64,000 bases of DNA from an uncultured Planctomycetaceae bacterium (GCA_937862885.1 CALMEE010000121.1:66373-130372); one strand, 5' to 3'. Shown: positions 47,183-56,975, numbered from the stretch's first letter. The notes: generated by a model not told the origin, from the sequence alone. Made by a program: numbers and translations.

Positions 47183-48451
47183 ATGAACAATTGCAAAATT
47201 ATCACCGTGACTGGAGTCCATAAGTCAGGAAACAGCTGGCTCAACGCCTTGTTATTCGATCTATTCAACCCCAATCAAAATACTTCGCTGAGCAGACTCT
47301 TTTGCTTGCATGATATCTTATATGCCAAGTCCCAGCAAACAGCTGCACTCAATTCGTTTCCGCTGGCACAACTCGCGGAAAGACTCTTGGCACCAACGCC
47401 TCAGAATCGGTTCGAACTGCAACAAGTACCGGAAGCCGCCCTTGATTTGTTGGCGAAAACAATTCGCTGGAACCAAGCCCGACGCAACCGAGAGTATCAG
47501 GAACTTGACAACATTCGCCAATTGCTGACGGAATACTGTTTCGCGGCAACGCACGAACAAGAGGCACCAGAGGTTTGCTTTATACCCTCAAAGCACATGC
47601 CTTTACAAACATTGCGGCGACAGTTTCCTAGCTTTCAGGTGATTTGGCTAATTCGAGATCCACGCGACGCATTGGTATCTTATTTCTATCACGCGATGGG
47701 TGCGCTTGCTGAACACTATTTGGCCGATTTCATCGAACTTGACGGTGCCCGGCAGTCATGGCGTCTACGTAATAACTGGCGAGCCGAGTTCATACAACAT
47801 CGCATGCGAGAACAGCTCAACTATTACGGTCGATGCCATGATAACAATGCAGTCGGACGCTTGAGTGGTGGTTATGAATTTTTGATCAAATACGAACAAC
47901 TCTTGGATAGAACGACTGAGATCCTTCAACAGTTATTTGAGTGGGTCGGACGACCCGTTGATTCCAGACGCGTTGAAGCGGCGGTCGAGAAGTATCGATT
48001 TGACAAACTTACGGGTTCAGCCGACGAGAAGCCAGATTCGTTTGTTCGCAAAGGAATTGCTGGCGAATGGAGGGCGTACTTCCAACAAGCTGACACTTCG
48101 CTCTTCGGCCAACACTACTTGGACCTATTGGTAGATCTGGGCTATGAAAACGATAATGATTGGCTGCGGAATTTGCCGAACACGGCAACGCACGAATTCG
48201 CCCTCGATCGCTTCCGGCCGCGCTCGTCAGCCGTCTATGCTTCACGGGAAATTTGGATTAATGACGAGACGTTGCAACGCGATTACCCTCGACCCTTCGA
48301 TTTTTCGGGTGAGGCCACCTATTTCGACTTCTTATTGAACTGCCAGCACGAAACGATGCGGGCTTGGTTTGAAAAAACGGGCCAGTGCTTTGATGTAAAC
48401 CGGCAAATCGAGGAACGGCGTAGCTCCGCTGATGAATTGCTAGGTTATTGA
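47183..48451 (+). CDS. Sulfotransferase-family protein
   Basis: 5'-PSB motif VTGVHKSGNSWLNALL (compare PKSGTTW) and 3'-PB motif IWLIRDPRDALVSYFYH. The start ATG at 47183 is 18 nt after the Wzt stop. Confidence 0.65.
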   Translation: MNNCKIITVTGVHKSGNSWLNALLFDLFNPNQNTSLSRLFCLHDILYAKSQQTAALNSFPLAQLAERLLAPTPQNRFELQQVPEAALDLLAKTIRWNQARRNREYQELDNIRQLLTEYCFAATHEQEAPEVCFIPSKHMPLQTLRRQFPSFQVIWLIRDPRDALVSYFYHAMGALAEHYLADFIELDGARQSWRLRNNWRAEFIQHRMREQLNYYGRCHDNNAVGRLSGGYEFLIKYEQLLDRTTEILQQLFEWVGRPVDSRRVEAAVEKYRFDKLTGSADEKPDSFVRKGIAGEWRAYFQQADTSLFGQHYLDLLVDLGYENDNDWLRNLPNTATHEFALDRFRPRSSAVYASREIWINDETLQRDYPRPFDFSGEATYFDFLLNCQHETMRAWFEKTGQCFDVNRQIEERRSSADELLGY

Positions 48452-48481
48452 AGTCTACGAAAACCAATGCGTCGCAGAAGT

Positions 48482-49351
48482 TCAAATCCGTTCGGCCACG
48501 CGGAGCCGGCTGCTACGTGCACGGGGGTTGGCAGCAATTTCTGCTTCCGATGGGCGAATCGGTTTGCTGTGAAGACTTCGCAACAAAGGACTCTCGCGAA
48601 ACGTCGTTTTGACCAACCGATCCTCTAAAGAGTGAAAACTGATGATGGCAATTCGACCTCCTACCTCCAATCTCTCACTCAGGCGTCGAATGGCAACTTC
48701 AATCCATTTCAATTCTTCATTCACGGCGATCCGAAACGCTTGAAATGTACGTGTGGCAGGATCGATCGAATGGTTTTTCGCCCTTGGCACAACACGCCGC
48801 ACAAGTCCGGCAATTTCATCAGCTCGTTTTAGAGGCCCCTTCCGCCGATGTTCGACAAATGTTTTCGCCACGCGCCGGCTATAACGCTCTTCGCCAAAAT
48901 GAAAAATCAAGTCCGCCAGATGCTTCTCGCTCAAGCGATTTAACAACCGCCACGCTGGCTCTCCCTTTGACGTGTCAAATCGCAGGTCGAAATCACCCTG
49001 ACTGTGGTAGCTGAATCCGCGCCCCTCGTCCTGCAACTGATCGCTCGACAGCCCTAGGTCCAGCAAAACCGACGATACTTTGGTGACGCCAAACGCATCC
49101 AGTATTTCCGGGATGTCTGCGAAATTTCCCTGCGCAAGTTTAACGGGCAGGTCCTGCAGATTTTGTGCCGCGTTCTTTATCGCTAATTCGTCTCGGTCTA
49201 CGCCAATCACATATCCGCCCGGCATGACGTGCAGCGCCAGCAACCGCGTATGCCCGCCTCCCCCCAGCGTCCCATCGACGACGATTTGTCCCGCTTGGGG
49301 ATTCAGACTTTCAAGAACTTCTTTGACTAAAACAGGAACATGCACAGTCAT
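48482..49351 (-). CDS. rsmH: 16S rRNA (cytosine1402-N4)-methyltransferase RsmH (MraW)
   Basis: VHVPVLVKEVLESL...VDGTLGGGGHT...GDFDLRFD...SFHSLEDRLVK are RsmH signatures. The start is placed at MTVHVPVL. Confidence 0.85.
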   Translation of the reverse strand: MTVHVPVLVKEVLESLNPQAGQIVVDGTLGGGGHTRLLALHVMPGGYVIGVDRDELAIKNAAQNLQDLPVKLAQGNFADIPEILDAFGVTKVSSVLLDLGLSSDQLQDEGRGFSYHSQGDFDLRFDTSKGEPAWRLLNRLSEKHLADLIFHFGEERYSRRVAKTFVEHRRKGPLKRADEIAGLVRRVVPRAKNHSIDPATRTFQAFRIAVNEELKWIEVAIRRLSERLEVGGRIAIISFHSLEDRLVKTTFRESPLLRSLHSKPIRPSEAEIAANPRARSSRLRVAERI

Positions 49352-49568
49352 CTTGTTTGCGCGACACCTATCGATTTCACCATATTCAAACTCAAAGAAG
49401 TATATCAAGGGCGCGGTAACTCCCCCAGTCTGGCGCCGGTCGCGAAATTACGAGTTCATATTGACGATATGCTCCAAACGGACTAAACTAAAAAGTGTAG
49501 CACGTGCTAAACATTTTACCCAGCCTGAATGGCTTTGGTTGTCCAGTTCAACGACTAAGGGGATTACG

Positions 49569-50696
49569 GTGTCGAAAGGATGCTCTATTCAACGCTTTCG
49601 GTTATTTCGGGACTGTGTGCGGGACCGCTTCGGTACGTCGTTCCTTGCCAAGAATTTCGCTTGGACCATCCTATTTGGTTTTTTGTTTCTGTCGGGATGT
49701 GATACCCGACCGTCACGTGAATCTCTTACTCCAAATGAGGACGCGGGGAATCGGCTAAAAATTGTTGCTACGGTAGGGATGGTGGCAGATATCGTGCGCG
49801 AAGTTGGCGGCGAGCGGGTGCATGTCATTCAGCTGATCGGTTCTAGTATCGACCCCCATCTCTACAGAGCAACGCGTGATGATGTTCAAGAGATCATGCG
49901 TGCCGACATTGTTTTCTACTCAGGGTTACGGCTGGAAGGTCGCATGGGCGATACGTTGGCTAAACTAATGGATCGGAAGAAAATTGTGGGTGTGACTGAA
50001 GCCTTGGACCATTCGCTTTTGCTGACAGTTGACGAAAGCAGAAAACAATTTGACCCTCATGTATGGATGAATGTGTCGCTCTGGTCGAAATGTGTGGACG
50101 TAATTGTGAAAACACTGTCTGAAGTTGATGCCACCGGGGCCGAGTCATTCGCGCAAAACGGAAAGCGATATCAGGAACAGCTTACCCAACTACATGAATA
50201 CGGGTTGCGTTGTTTGCAGTCGATTCCTGTCAAACAGCGGCTGCTGATCACATCACATGATGCCTTTGGTTATATGCAGCAAGCCTATGGCTTGGAAGTC
50301 CAAGGTATCCAGGGCATTTCCACGGAATCCGAAGCCAGTTTAAAGCGAGTAAATCAATTGGTGGATCTGTTGTTAAAGCGGCAGATTCCGGCCGTCTTTG
50401 TTGAGACCAGCGTATCTCACAAAGGGGTCGATGCGTTGGTGGAAGGTGTGCGGGCGAAAGGTGGCCTAATCGAAGTCTATGGCAAACTTTTCTCGGACGC
50501 CATGGGGCCGAAGGGAACGTATGAGGGAACCTATATCGGCATGCTCGATCACAATTTCACGAATATCACACGTGCCTTGGGTGGTGATGCTCCGGCAACT
50601 GGATTTCAGGGCAAACTGACGACAGCAGCTGAAAAGAATGGAGCTTCAACTAGGAACACAACATCACCAGCAGCGCAATCATCAACCGCACATTGA
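49569..50696 (+). CDS. Metal (Zn/Mn/Fe) ABC transporter substrate-binding lipoprotein (cluster A-I, ZnuA/TroA/MntC-like)
   Basis: LKIVATVGMVADIVREVGGERVHV...DPHLY...DPHVWMN...ITSHDAFGYM are the metal-coordinating His/Asp segments. Lipobox FLFLSGC. The start is uncertain; I propose GTG 49569 because the track's long N-terminal extension is antisense to rsmH. Confidence 0.8.
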   Translation: MSKGCSIQRFRLFRDCVRDRFGTSFLAKNFAWTILFGFLFLSGCDTRPSRESLTPNEDAGNRLKIVATVGMVADIVREVGGERVHVIQLIGSSIDPHLYRATRDDVQEIMRADIVFYSGLRLEGRMGDTLAKLMDRKKIVGVTEALDHSLLLTVDESRKQFDPHVWMNVSLWSKCVDVIVKTLSEVDATGAESFAQNGKRYQEQLTQLHEYGLRCLQSIPVKQRLLITSHDAFGYMQQAYGLEVQGIQGISTESEASLKRVNQLVDLLLKRQIPAVFVETSVSHKGVDALVEGVRAKGGLIEVYGKLFSDAMGPKGTYEGTYIGMLDHNFTNITRALGGDAPATGFQGKLTTAAEKNGASTRNTTSPAAQSSTAH

Positions 50697-50732
50697 CATT
50701 TCAGTACCAATAGTCCATGAGGCATAACGTTA

Positions 50733-51545
50733 ATGAAACAGACATTCGGACAAAATTCCAGCAACGCGACTAGCGTGTCCAGTCTGATTCCACTTGCGGT
50801 TCAAGATTTAACCGTCGCCTATCATCGCAAACCCGTAATCTGGGATTGTCAATTTGAAATTCCCCCTGGGGCGTTGGTGGGAATCATCGGACCTAATGGA
50901 GCTGGGAAAAGCACGCTTCTGAAAGCGATCATGGACTTGGTCCCCAAAGCATCTGGTGTCATCCAGGTGTTTGGAAACTCGTTCCGCCGCAACCGGCATC
51001 GCGTCGGCTACGTGCCGCAACGCGAAAGTGTCGACTGGGATTTCCCAGTAGATGCGTTAGGAGTTGTAACGATGGGCCTGTATCACAAGATCGGCTGGTT
51101 CCGGCCCGTGCGAAAGAAGCATCGCGATTTGGCGATGCAAGCGTTGGATCGAGTCGGCATCGCGGATCTGGCACATCGCCAGATCGATCAACTCTCCGGG
51201 GGACAACAACAACGCACTTTCTTAGCCAGAGCGTTAGTCCAGGACGCAGATTTGTATCTGATGGACGAGCCGTTAGCGTCCGTTGACGCTGCCACAGAGC
51301 GTGCCATTATGGATTTGCTTAACCAACTCAAACTCCAAGGCAAGACGTCTGTGGTTGTCCACCACGATTTGCAAACCGTCCCTTCCTACTTTGACTATGT
51401 TGTGCTTATCAATATGCGAATTGTGGCCCATGGTCCGGTGGATGAGGTGTATACGCCTGAAAATCTCCGCAAGACCTATGGTGGTCGCCTTACGCTGCTT
51501 GATGAAGTCGCCGAAGCCATGCGTCGCCGCGAAAGGTCACTATGA
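50733..51545 (+). CDS. Metal ABC transporter ATP-binding protein (ZnuC/MntA/TroB-like)
   Basis: Walker A IIGPNGAGKSTLLKAI, signature LSGGQQQRTFLARAL and Walker B LYLMDEPLASVD. Confidence 0.85.
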   Translation: MKQTFGQNSSNATSVSSLIPLAVQDLTVAYHRKPVIWDCQFEIPPGALVGIIGPNGAGKSTLLKAIMDLVPKASGVIQVFGNSFRRNRHRVGYVPQRESVDWDFPVDALGVVTMGLYHKIGWFRPVRKKHRDLAMQALDRVGIADLAHRQIDQLSGGQQQRTFLARALVQDADLYLMDEPLASVDAATERAIMDLLNQLKLQGKTSVVVHHDLQTVPSYFDYVVLINMRIVAHGPVDEVYTPENLRKTYGGRLTLLDEVAEAMRRRERSL

Positions 51546-52978
51546 GTCTAATGGCGAACTGGAGTTGGAATGTGCAGAATCCGGAAGCAGATTGGTTAGC
51601 GTGGCTGTACGACTACAATTCACGTCTTGTGATTATCGGCGCGATCTTGTTGGGCGGGGCGGCCGGTACCATCGGCTGCTTCACACTTCTCAGAAAGCGT
51701 GCGTTATTGGGAGATGCCATCAGCCATGCAACACTCCCGGGAATTGCCATCGCCTTCATTCTGGCCAACCATTTTGGCTTCAGCGGGAAATCACCCGTTT
51801 GGTTGCTGCTTGGGGCAACCCTAGCAGGACTGCTCGGCATAGCAGCGATCCTAGCGATTCGCAAATTGACACGTCTTAAAGAAGACGCAGCGCTAGGAAT
51901 CGTCTTGAGCGTGTTCTTTGGTTTGGGAGTCGCCTTGCTTGGCATCGTTCAACAAATCGAGGGAGGAAATGCTGCTGGCCTTGAGTCCTATATCTATGGA
52001 AAAACGGCGGCGATGAGCCGGTTCGATGTGCAACTGATCGGAGTTGTCGGTCTGTTGGGGATTGCGGGTTGCATTTTGTTTTTCAAAGAAGCAAAGTTGT
52101 TGTGCTTCGACGAAGCGTTCGCTGCTTCGCGCGGGCTACCCACAACCTGGTTAGATGTCGGGCTCATGGCACTAGTCGTCAGCGTCACGATAGTCGGGTT
52201 ACAGGCTGTTGGCCTGATTCTGATCATCGCCCTGTTGGTCATTCCTGCCGCCGCCGCCCGCTTTTGGACGGACCAACTTGCAAGTATGTCATGCATTGCG
52301 GCGTTCATCGGTGCCGCAAGTGGTGGCATTGGTGCAATTATCAGTGCCACCTTCGCCCAAATGCCTTCTGGTCCGACCATTGTTCTGGTTTGCACATTGC
52401 TGTTTCTGCTCAGTATGACTTGGGGTGCAAAACGGGGAATCGCGATCCGCGCAATCCGACGGCAACGTTTCAATCGTTCGATCAGTCGCCAACATCTCCT
52501 CCGCGCAGTTTATGAACTGGGCGAAACAACAACCGGTTTGTCAGCTGCCAACGCTGAACTAGGAGGTGGATTCAGTCAAGATTTGCCGCGACAATCTGTT
52601 TCGTTTGATGAGGTACTGCGCAAACGCAGTTGGACGAAACACCAACTAAGCCGAGTAGCGCGCTGGGCTCAGCGGCAAGAGTTGATTGAACTGATTGGCG
52701 ACGAAATTAGGTTGACGAAACGCGGAATGCTCAAGGCCAAAGAGATTACCCGACAGCATCGCTTGTGGGAACTTTACCTAATCACTCATGCCGAGGTAGC
52801 TACGACTCGCGTCGATCGTGATGCTGACGCCATTGAACATGTGCTAGAGCCAGAGGTCATCGCTGAATTAGAACAGCTTTTGCAAGGAACGCCTGGCGAA
52901 CTGCCAGACAGCCCGCATCTTTTGGAGGTCGTGTCCGCTGATGTAACCGACACTACCGTCAATGAGCGAGGGTCTTAG
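51542..52978 (+). CDS. Metal ABC transporter permease fused to a C-terminal DtxR/MntR-like metalloregulator domain (YtgC-YtgR-like)
   Basis: About 300 aa of ZnuB/TroC-type TM domain, then ~170 aa with LIELIGDEIRLTKRGMLKAKEITRQHRLWELYL...AEVATTRVDRDADAIEHVLEPEVIAELEQLL, matching the DtxR-family winged-helix C-terminus, the RxHRLxExxL helix and the metal-site/dimerisation region. The start overlaps the ATPase stop (ATGA). Confidence 0.75.
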   Translation: MSLMANWSWNVQNPEADWLAWLYDYNSRLVIIGAILLGGAAGTIGCFTLLRKRALLGDAISHATLPGIAIAFILANHFGFSGKSPVWLLLGATLAGLLGIAAILAIRKLTRLKEDAALGIVLSVFFGLGVALLGIVQQIEGGNAAGLESYIYGKTAAMSRFDVQLIGVVGLLGIAGCILFFKEAKLLCFDEAFAASRGLPTTWLDVGLMALVVSVTIVGLQAVGLILIIALLVIPAAAARFWTDQLASMSCIAAFIGAASGGIGAIISATFAQMPSGPTIVLVCTLLFLLSMTWGAKRGIAIRAIRRQRFNRSISRQHLLRAVYELGETTTGLSAANAELGGGFSQDLPRQSVSFDEVLRKRSWTKHQLSRVARWAQRQELIELIGDEIRLTKRGMLKAKEITRQHRLWELYLITHAEVATTRVDRDADAIEHVLEPEVIAELEQLLQGTPGELPDSPHLLEVVSADVTDTTVNERGS

Positions 52979-54302
52979 CATGTTGAGTTCGCTGGCTTGG
53001 GATTGGAGCATCGACGGTTGGATCATCTTGACAGGTATTTTGTGTGCGGTCTCGGCGTCGCTCTTGGGTAATTTCTTGGTGCTGCGCCGCATGAGCATGT
53101 TGGGAGACGCCATCAGTCACGCGGTGCTACCCGGATTGGTCGCGGCATTTTTTATATCACACAATCCGCAGAGTCTTACGATGTTCGTCGGAGCGGCTCT
53201 CGTTGGAGCACTCACGGCATTATTTACCGATTGGATTCGCAAGGCTGGCCAAGTCGATGAAGGAGCTTCGATTGGCGTTGTGTTTACATCGTTGTTTGCC
53301 CTAGGTCTGCTGATGATTCATTGGGTCGCCGATCGTGTTGACCTCGACCCGAACTGCGTGTTGTTCGGTTCGATCGAAATGACACCCTTTGACCAATTGA
53401 CGATTTTAGGAGCCGAGGTCCCCAAAACCGTCGTAGTGCTCAGCGTCGTTTCACTTCTCAATTGCGGTTTCATCGTCGTGTTTTATAAAGAACTGAAGAT
53501 ATCATCATTTGACCCTGCCAGTGCGACAGCTGGAGGATTCAATGCGACCCTCATTCATTATGTGCATATGATTTTGGTCGCCGTCACGGCGGTGGCAGCC
53601 TTCGAATCTGTGGGGAGTATCCTCGTCGTCGCCATGTTTATCGTGCCACCAGCCGCAGCCTACCTCTTAACCGATCGCCTGGCATACATGATCATACTGA
53701 GCGTGCTCTTGGCCAGCGTTTCCGCTGTGCTGGGGCATATCGGGGCCATTTCGGTCCCCGGCTGGTTCGGTTTTCGCAGCACGACCACGGCTGGGATGAT
53801 GGCTTTGTCTGCTGGTCTTGTGTTCTTTCTGGCAGCCATGTTTAGCCCAAAACATGGTTACGTCGTCAAAGTCTGGCAACGCCGATTATTGAATTGGCAA
53901 ATTTTGTCCGATGACTTGGTCGCGTTATTGTATCGGATTCAGGCGGGGGACCGCGTGATCGCTCCACGCATTCGCGAATTAGCAAAATTGCTCTTATCCG
54001 ACACCTATTCGCTTTGGCTGGTTAGTAACTGGCTACGTTGGAAAGGGCAAGTGATTATTGAGACCGGCCATTTGCGATTGACCGAAGATGGTGTATCGAA
54101 GGCTAGAAAACTGGTTCGCTCACATCGTTTGTGGGAACAGTATTTGGCTGCATTTGCCAGCCTGGATACCGAACGAATCCACGACAAGGCTGAACAACTC
54201 GAGCATTTCACTAATCGCGAATTGCGGGATCAACTTGCCTCTGCCACCGATCTTCCCGACGTCGATCCTCACGGTTCATTGATACCTCCGGAAGAGGAAT
54301 GA
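52962..54302 (+). CDS. Second metal ABC transporter permease, also fused to a DtxR-like C-terminal domain
   Basis: The TM domain is followed by LVSNWLRWKGQVIIETGHLRLTEDGVSKARKLVRSHRLWEQYLAAFASLDTERIHDKAEQLEHFTNRELRDQL...DPHGSLIPP, which is DtxR-like. An alternative start lies at 52980. Confidence 0.75.
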   Translation: MSEGLSMLSSLAWDWSIDGWIILTGILCAVSASLLGNFLVLRRMSMLGDAISHAVLPGLVAAFFISHNPQSLTMFVGAALVGALTALFTDWIRKAGQVDEGASIGVVFTSLFALGLLMIHWVADRVDLDPNCVLFGSIEMTPFDQLTILGAEVPKTVVVLSVVSLLNCGFIVVFYKELKISSFDPASATAGGFNATLIHYVHMILVAVTAVAAFESVGSILVVAMFIVPPAAAYLLTDRLAYMIILSVLLASVSAVLGHIGAISVPGWFGFRSTTTAGMMALSAGLVFFLAAMFSPKHGYVVKVWQRRLLNWQILSDDLVALLYRIQAGDRVIAPRIRELAKLLLSDTYSLWLVSNWLRWKGQVIIETGHLRLTEDGVSKARKLVRSHRLWEQYLAAFASLDTERIHDKAEQLEHFTNRELRDQLASATDLPDVDPHGSLIPPEEE

Positions 54303-54630
54303 ATAGACACCCGGCAGCGAACCCGTCCTTTGTCTCAAGGTCGAGATTCTCGTTACGATCACGAGAACAAGATTCCAACCGACGAGCTTTGCCACGCGAA
54401 TACCTGTTGCAGCATGATGCTGCCTGGAAGTCATCGCTTAGCAGCAAGTTTTAGGCGCGTCTGAATTGGCATGCCCCACGATGCCTAGCTCGACCCGAAT
54501 TTCCGCCACGCACTGCATGTTTTCGAAAAGTGATAGCACTCGAACGCTCGTTGGAGCTTGCACGTAATTAGTGTTTGTGGAAATCCAAAAACTGGTTAGC
54601 TTGTAGAATCAAAACTTGACACCAACGCCT

Positions 54631-55722
54631 ATGACCATCGTCGCCGTAAGGACTCTCATGAACTTCTCAACTCGAAATTTTTGGTTTGCAATAGCAGGAT
54701 TCCCCTATTGGGTGGCAATTTTGCTTGTGTTCAGTTTCGTTTTCTTTGACCGAATGGGCAATGCACAACAAACGCAAGGCCAATCGGTTTCGGCTTCACA
54801 AGCAATTCCTAATGCCGAAGCGCGCGCTGCGGAAAAGGTGATGTCGATTCTGAAGTCAATCGACCCGTATCATCCCAAAGCTGAATTGTCGGGCGAGTTT
54901 GCCGTATTTGGCTCGACCACCATGAACTCGTTAGCCAACCAATGGGTGCAAGGATTTAACAAATTTCACGTGAATGCCAATTGCGAACTGTCGACGCTCA
55001 AAGGCGAGGACGCGCTCAAACACCTCGTCAGTCAGCCGAGCGGTGTTGTCCTCTTATCCCGCCCGGTCAAGCCAGAAGAGTTTGAATGGCTGAAAGGACA
55101 AGGTTTGAAGGACCCGATGCAATTTGAGGTTGGGCGAGAAGCACTTGCTGTATTCGTGCATGATTCGAATCCCTTGTCAGCCGTGAATGCTGAGCAGTTT
55201 ATGACAGTATTTACCACCGATGGTGGTGATGCGATCACCTGGGGGGCACTGGGTCTAGTCGATGCGTGGGCAGCGAAGCCCGTGCATTTGATTAGCCGCG
55301 GTGATAAGAGCAACGTCCAAACCTTCTTGCGCGATAATCTGTTGGTTGGCAAAACTTTGCGATCGGGAAAAACCGTGCATGACTCGAATGCTGATCTCTT
55401 AGCGGCAATCGCCGCAGATCCAACCGCGATTGGGATTAGTTGTCTTCGCGCTTCGATGTCACAATGCAAACCATTGGCCTTGACTGATGGCCATACGACA
55501 ATCCCCTGCGATGATTATTCGGTATTGACGGGCGAATATCCGCTTGTTCGGCCGATTATGTTGGTGATCGATGCTGGACAAACGGGCGAGCAAAGCCAAC
55601 TTGCCAAGGAATTTGTCAAGTTTGCCATTTGCCAAGAAGGGCAGCGAAAGACGATACTGGCAGGCTTTTTCCCAATTGATGTTCCTCTATCGCGCGCTCA
55701 ATTGAAATACCTAGATGAATAG
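54631..55722 (+). CDS. PstS-like (PBP type II) substrate-binding protein, orphan
   Basis: N-terminal TM/signal FWFAIAGFPYWVAILLVFSFVFF. FAVFGSTTMNSLANQWVQGFNK resembles the phosphate-binding-protein N-terminal motif. No pstCAB genes are adjacent. The track start is TTG 54616. Confidence 0.55.
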   Translation: MTIVAVRTLMNFSTRNFWFAIAGFPYWVAILLVFSFVFFDRMGNAQQTQGQSVSASQAIPNAEARAAEKVMSILKSIDPYHPKAELSGEFAVFGSTTMNSLANQWVQGFNKFHVNANCELSTLKGEDALKHLVSQPSGVVLLSRPVKPEEFEWLKGQGLKDPMQFEVGREALAVFVHDSNPLSAVNAEQFMTVFTTDGGDAITWGALGLVDAWAAKPVHLISRGDKSNVQTFLRDNLLVGKTLRSGKTVHDSNADLLAAIAADPTAIGISCLRASMSQCKPLALTDGHTTIPCDDYSVLTGEYPLVRPIMLVIDAGQTGEQSQLAKEFVKFAICQEGQRKTILAGFFPIDVPLSRAQLKYLDE

Positions 55723-55820
55723 TGCTGTTTTGTAAATGTTTCTCAAGGCAGTACGCGCTGCCACATTGTTTAAGCGTACAGGCGAATACACATCTTTTGT
55801 TAACTAGTTCGGTGGGTGCC

Positions 55821-56975
55821 ATGGAAAAGTATAGACAAGCTCGAATGTTTCGGCGGTTATTGGTTGTAAGTTTTGCGGCAATCGGGTTTTTTACGATCGG
55901 ACAGGAAATTACCCGAGCACAAGAGTTTCGTTTCGACCAAGGGCAAACGCGCTGGAATCAACCGCAATGGTTTGACAACTCCTCGCAATCAAAAGCGTGG
56001 CGGCTAGGTGATGTTGATCTTCAAAACACGAACACCGGTGTGCGCGTGCTTGATATCGATCCTAATTCCACCGCCAGTCGGTCCGGGTTGCGTAAAGGTG
56101 ACATGATAATTACGGTCGGTGGTTCCCAAGTTGGTTTTGTCGAGGGCCGCCTTTACGACTTAGCTGAAGAAGCTAACCGCCGCGCCACTAGCCAAGGTCG
56201 CGTCGCGATGTTGGTGCAAGACGGCAACAACGGCCGCCTTGGCAATGTCAACGTACAATTGGAAAGCAGCCAGGCATTGCTAACGGGGACGATTGTCGGT
56301 TTGGATCGACTCAACATGCCTCCCAATGCGACCATCTCGATCGAGATCGTTAACGCCTCGCGCCCACATTTTGCGGTTCGCAATGGGCACGTGGTGTTGA
56401 ATCCTGGCGGCAAAGCAACGATTCCATTCACGATTGCCTATGACCCGGCATATGTTTACGCACAAGATGTTTATCATGTAAAATCGCAGGTTTCAGTTGG
56501 CAGCGAACCCATTTATTATTCGCAAGACAATTATCGAGTGATTACACAGGGCAATCCCTCAACCGTTCAACTGCAATTTGTGTCGATGACCAATGTTGCC
56601 CGGGTTCGGTATGCGAACAGCAATCAGTCGTTGCCTGTGGCGGATCGCGACTTCGACACCATCAGCCGATTAATTAGCACCCATTATCAACGTTATTTGC
56701 GACGTGAACCGAATTATCTTGAAGTTGCTGCGCTGTGGAGCGAACCAGATATCAAGTCGCGCCTTGATTCGCTGCCGGTCGATTTGATGGCGACGCAAGA
56801 ATACTACGACGCATCTGGCAACAATGTCGGTTCATGGGTGTCTCGTGTGTTTGAGGAAGTGGTTGGTCGTCGGCCATCGGTGGCTGAGTTACAGCAGTGG
56901 CAACAGCGGCTCGCTGATCTCCGCTACTCTCGCACGACCATGCTCAGCCAACTCTTTGCGCAGGCGCGGCGTTAA
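55821..56975 (+). CDS. Secreted PDZ-domain protein (hypothetical)
   Basis: ATG at 55821 (MEKYRQARMFRRLLVVSFAAIGFFTIG, a signal peptide). PDZ-like VRVLDIDPNSTASRSGLRKGDMIITVGG. The track start is GTG 55722. Confidence 0.55.
   Translation: MEKYRQARMFRRLLVVSFAAIGFFTIGQEITRAQEFRFDQGQTRWNQPQWFDNSSQSKAWRLGDVDLQNTNTGVRVLDIDPNSTASRSGLRKGDMIITVGGSQVGFVEGRLYDLAEEANRRATSQGRVAMLVQDGNNGRLGNVNVQLESSQALLTGTIVGLDRLNMPPNATISIEIVNASRPHFAVRNGHVVLNPGGKATIPFTIAYDPAYVYAQDVYHVKSQVSVGSEPIYYSQDNYRVITQGNPSTVQLQFVSMTNVARVRYANSNQSLPVADRDFDTISRLISTHYQRYLRREPNYLEVAALWSEPDIKSRLDSLPVDLMATQEYYDASGNNVGSWVSRVFEEVVGRRPSVAELQQWQQRLADLRYSRTTMLSQLFAQARR

Noticed and set aside
49080-49568. Long N-terminal extension of the metal SBP ORF in the track
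   Set aside because: It lies antisense to rsmH and precedes the lipoprotein signal peptide. The real start is most likely the in-frame GTG/TTG near 49569.
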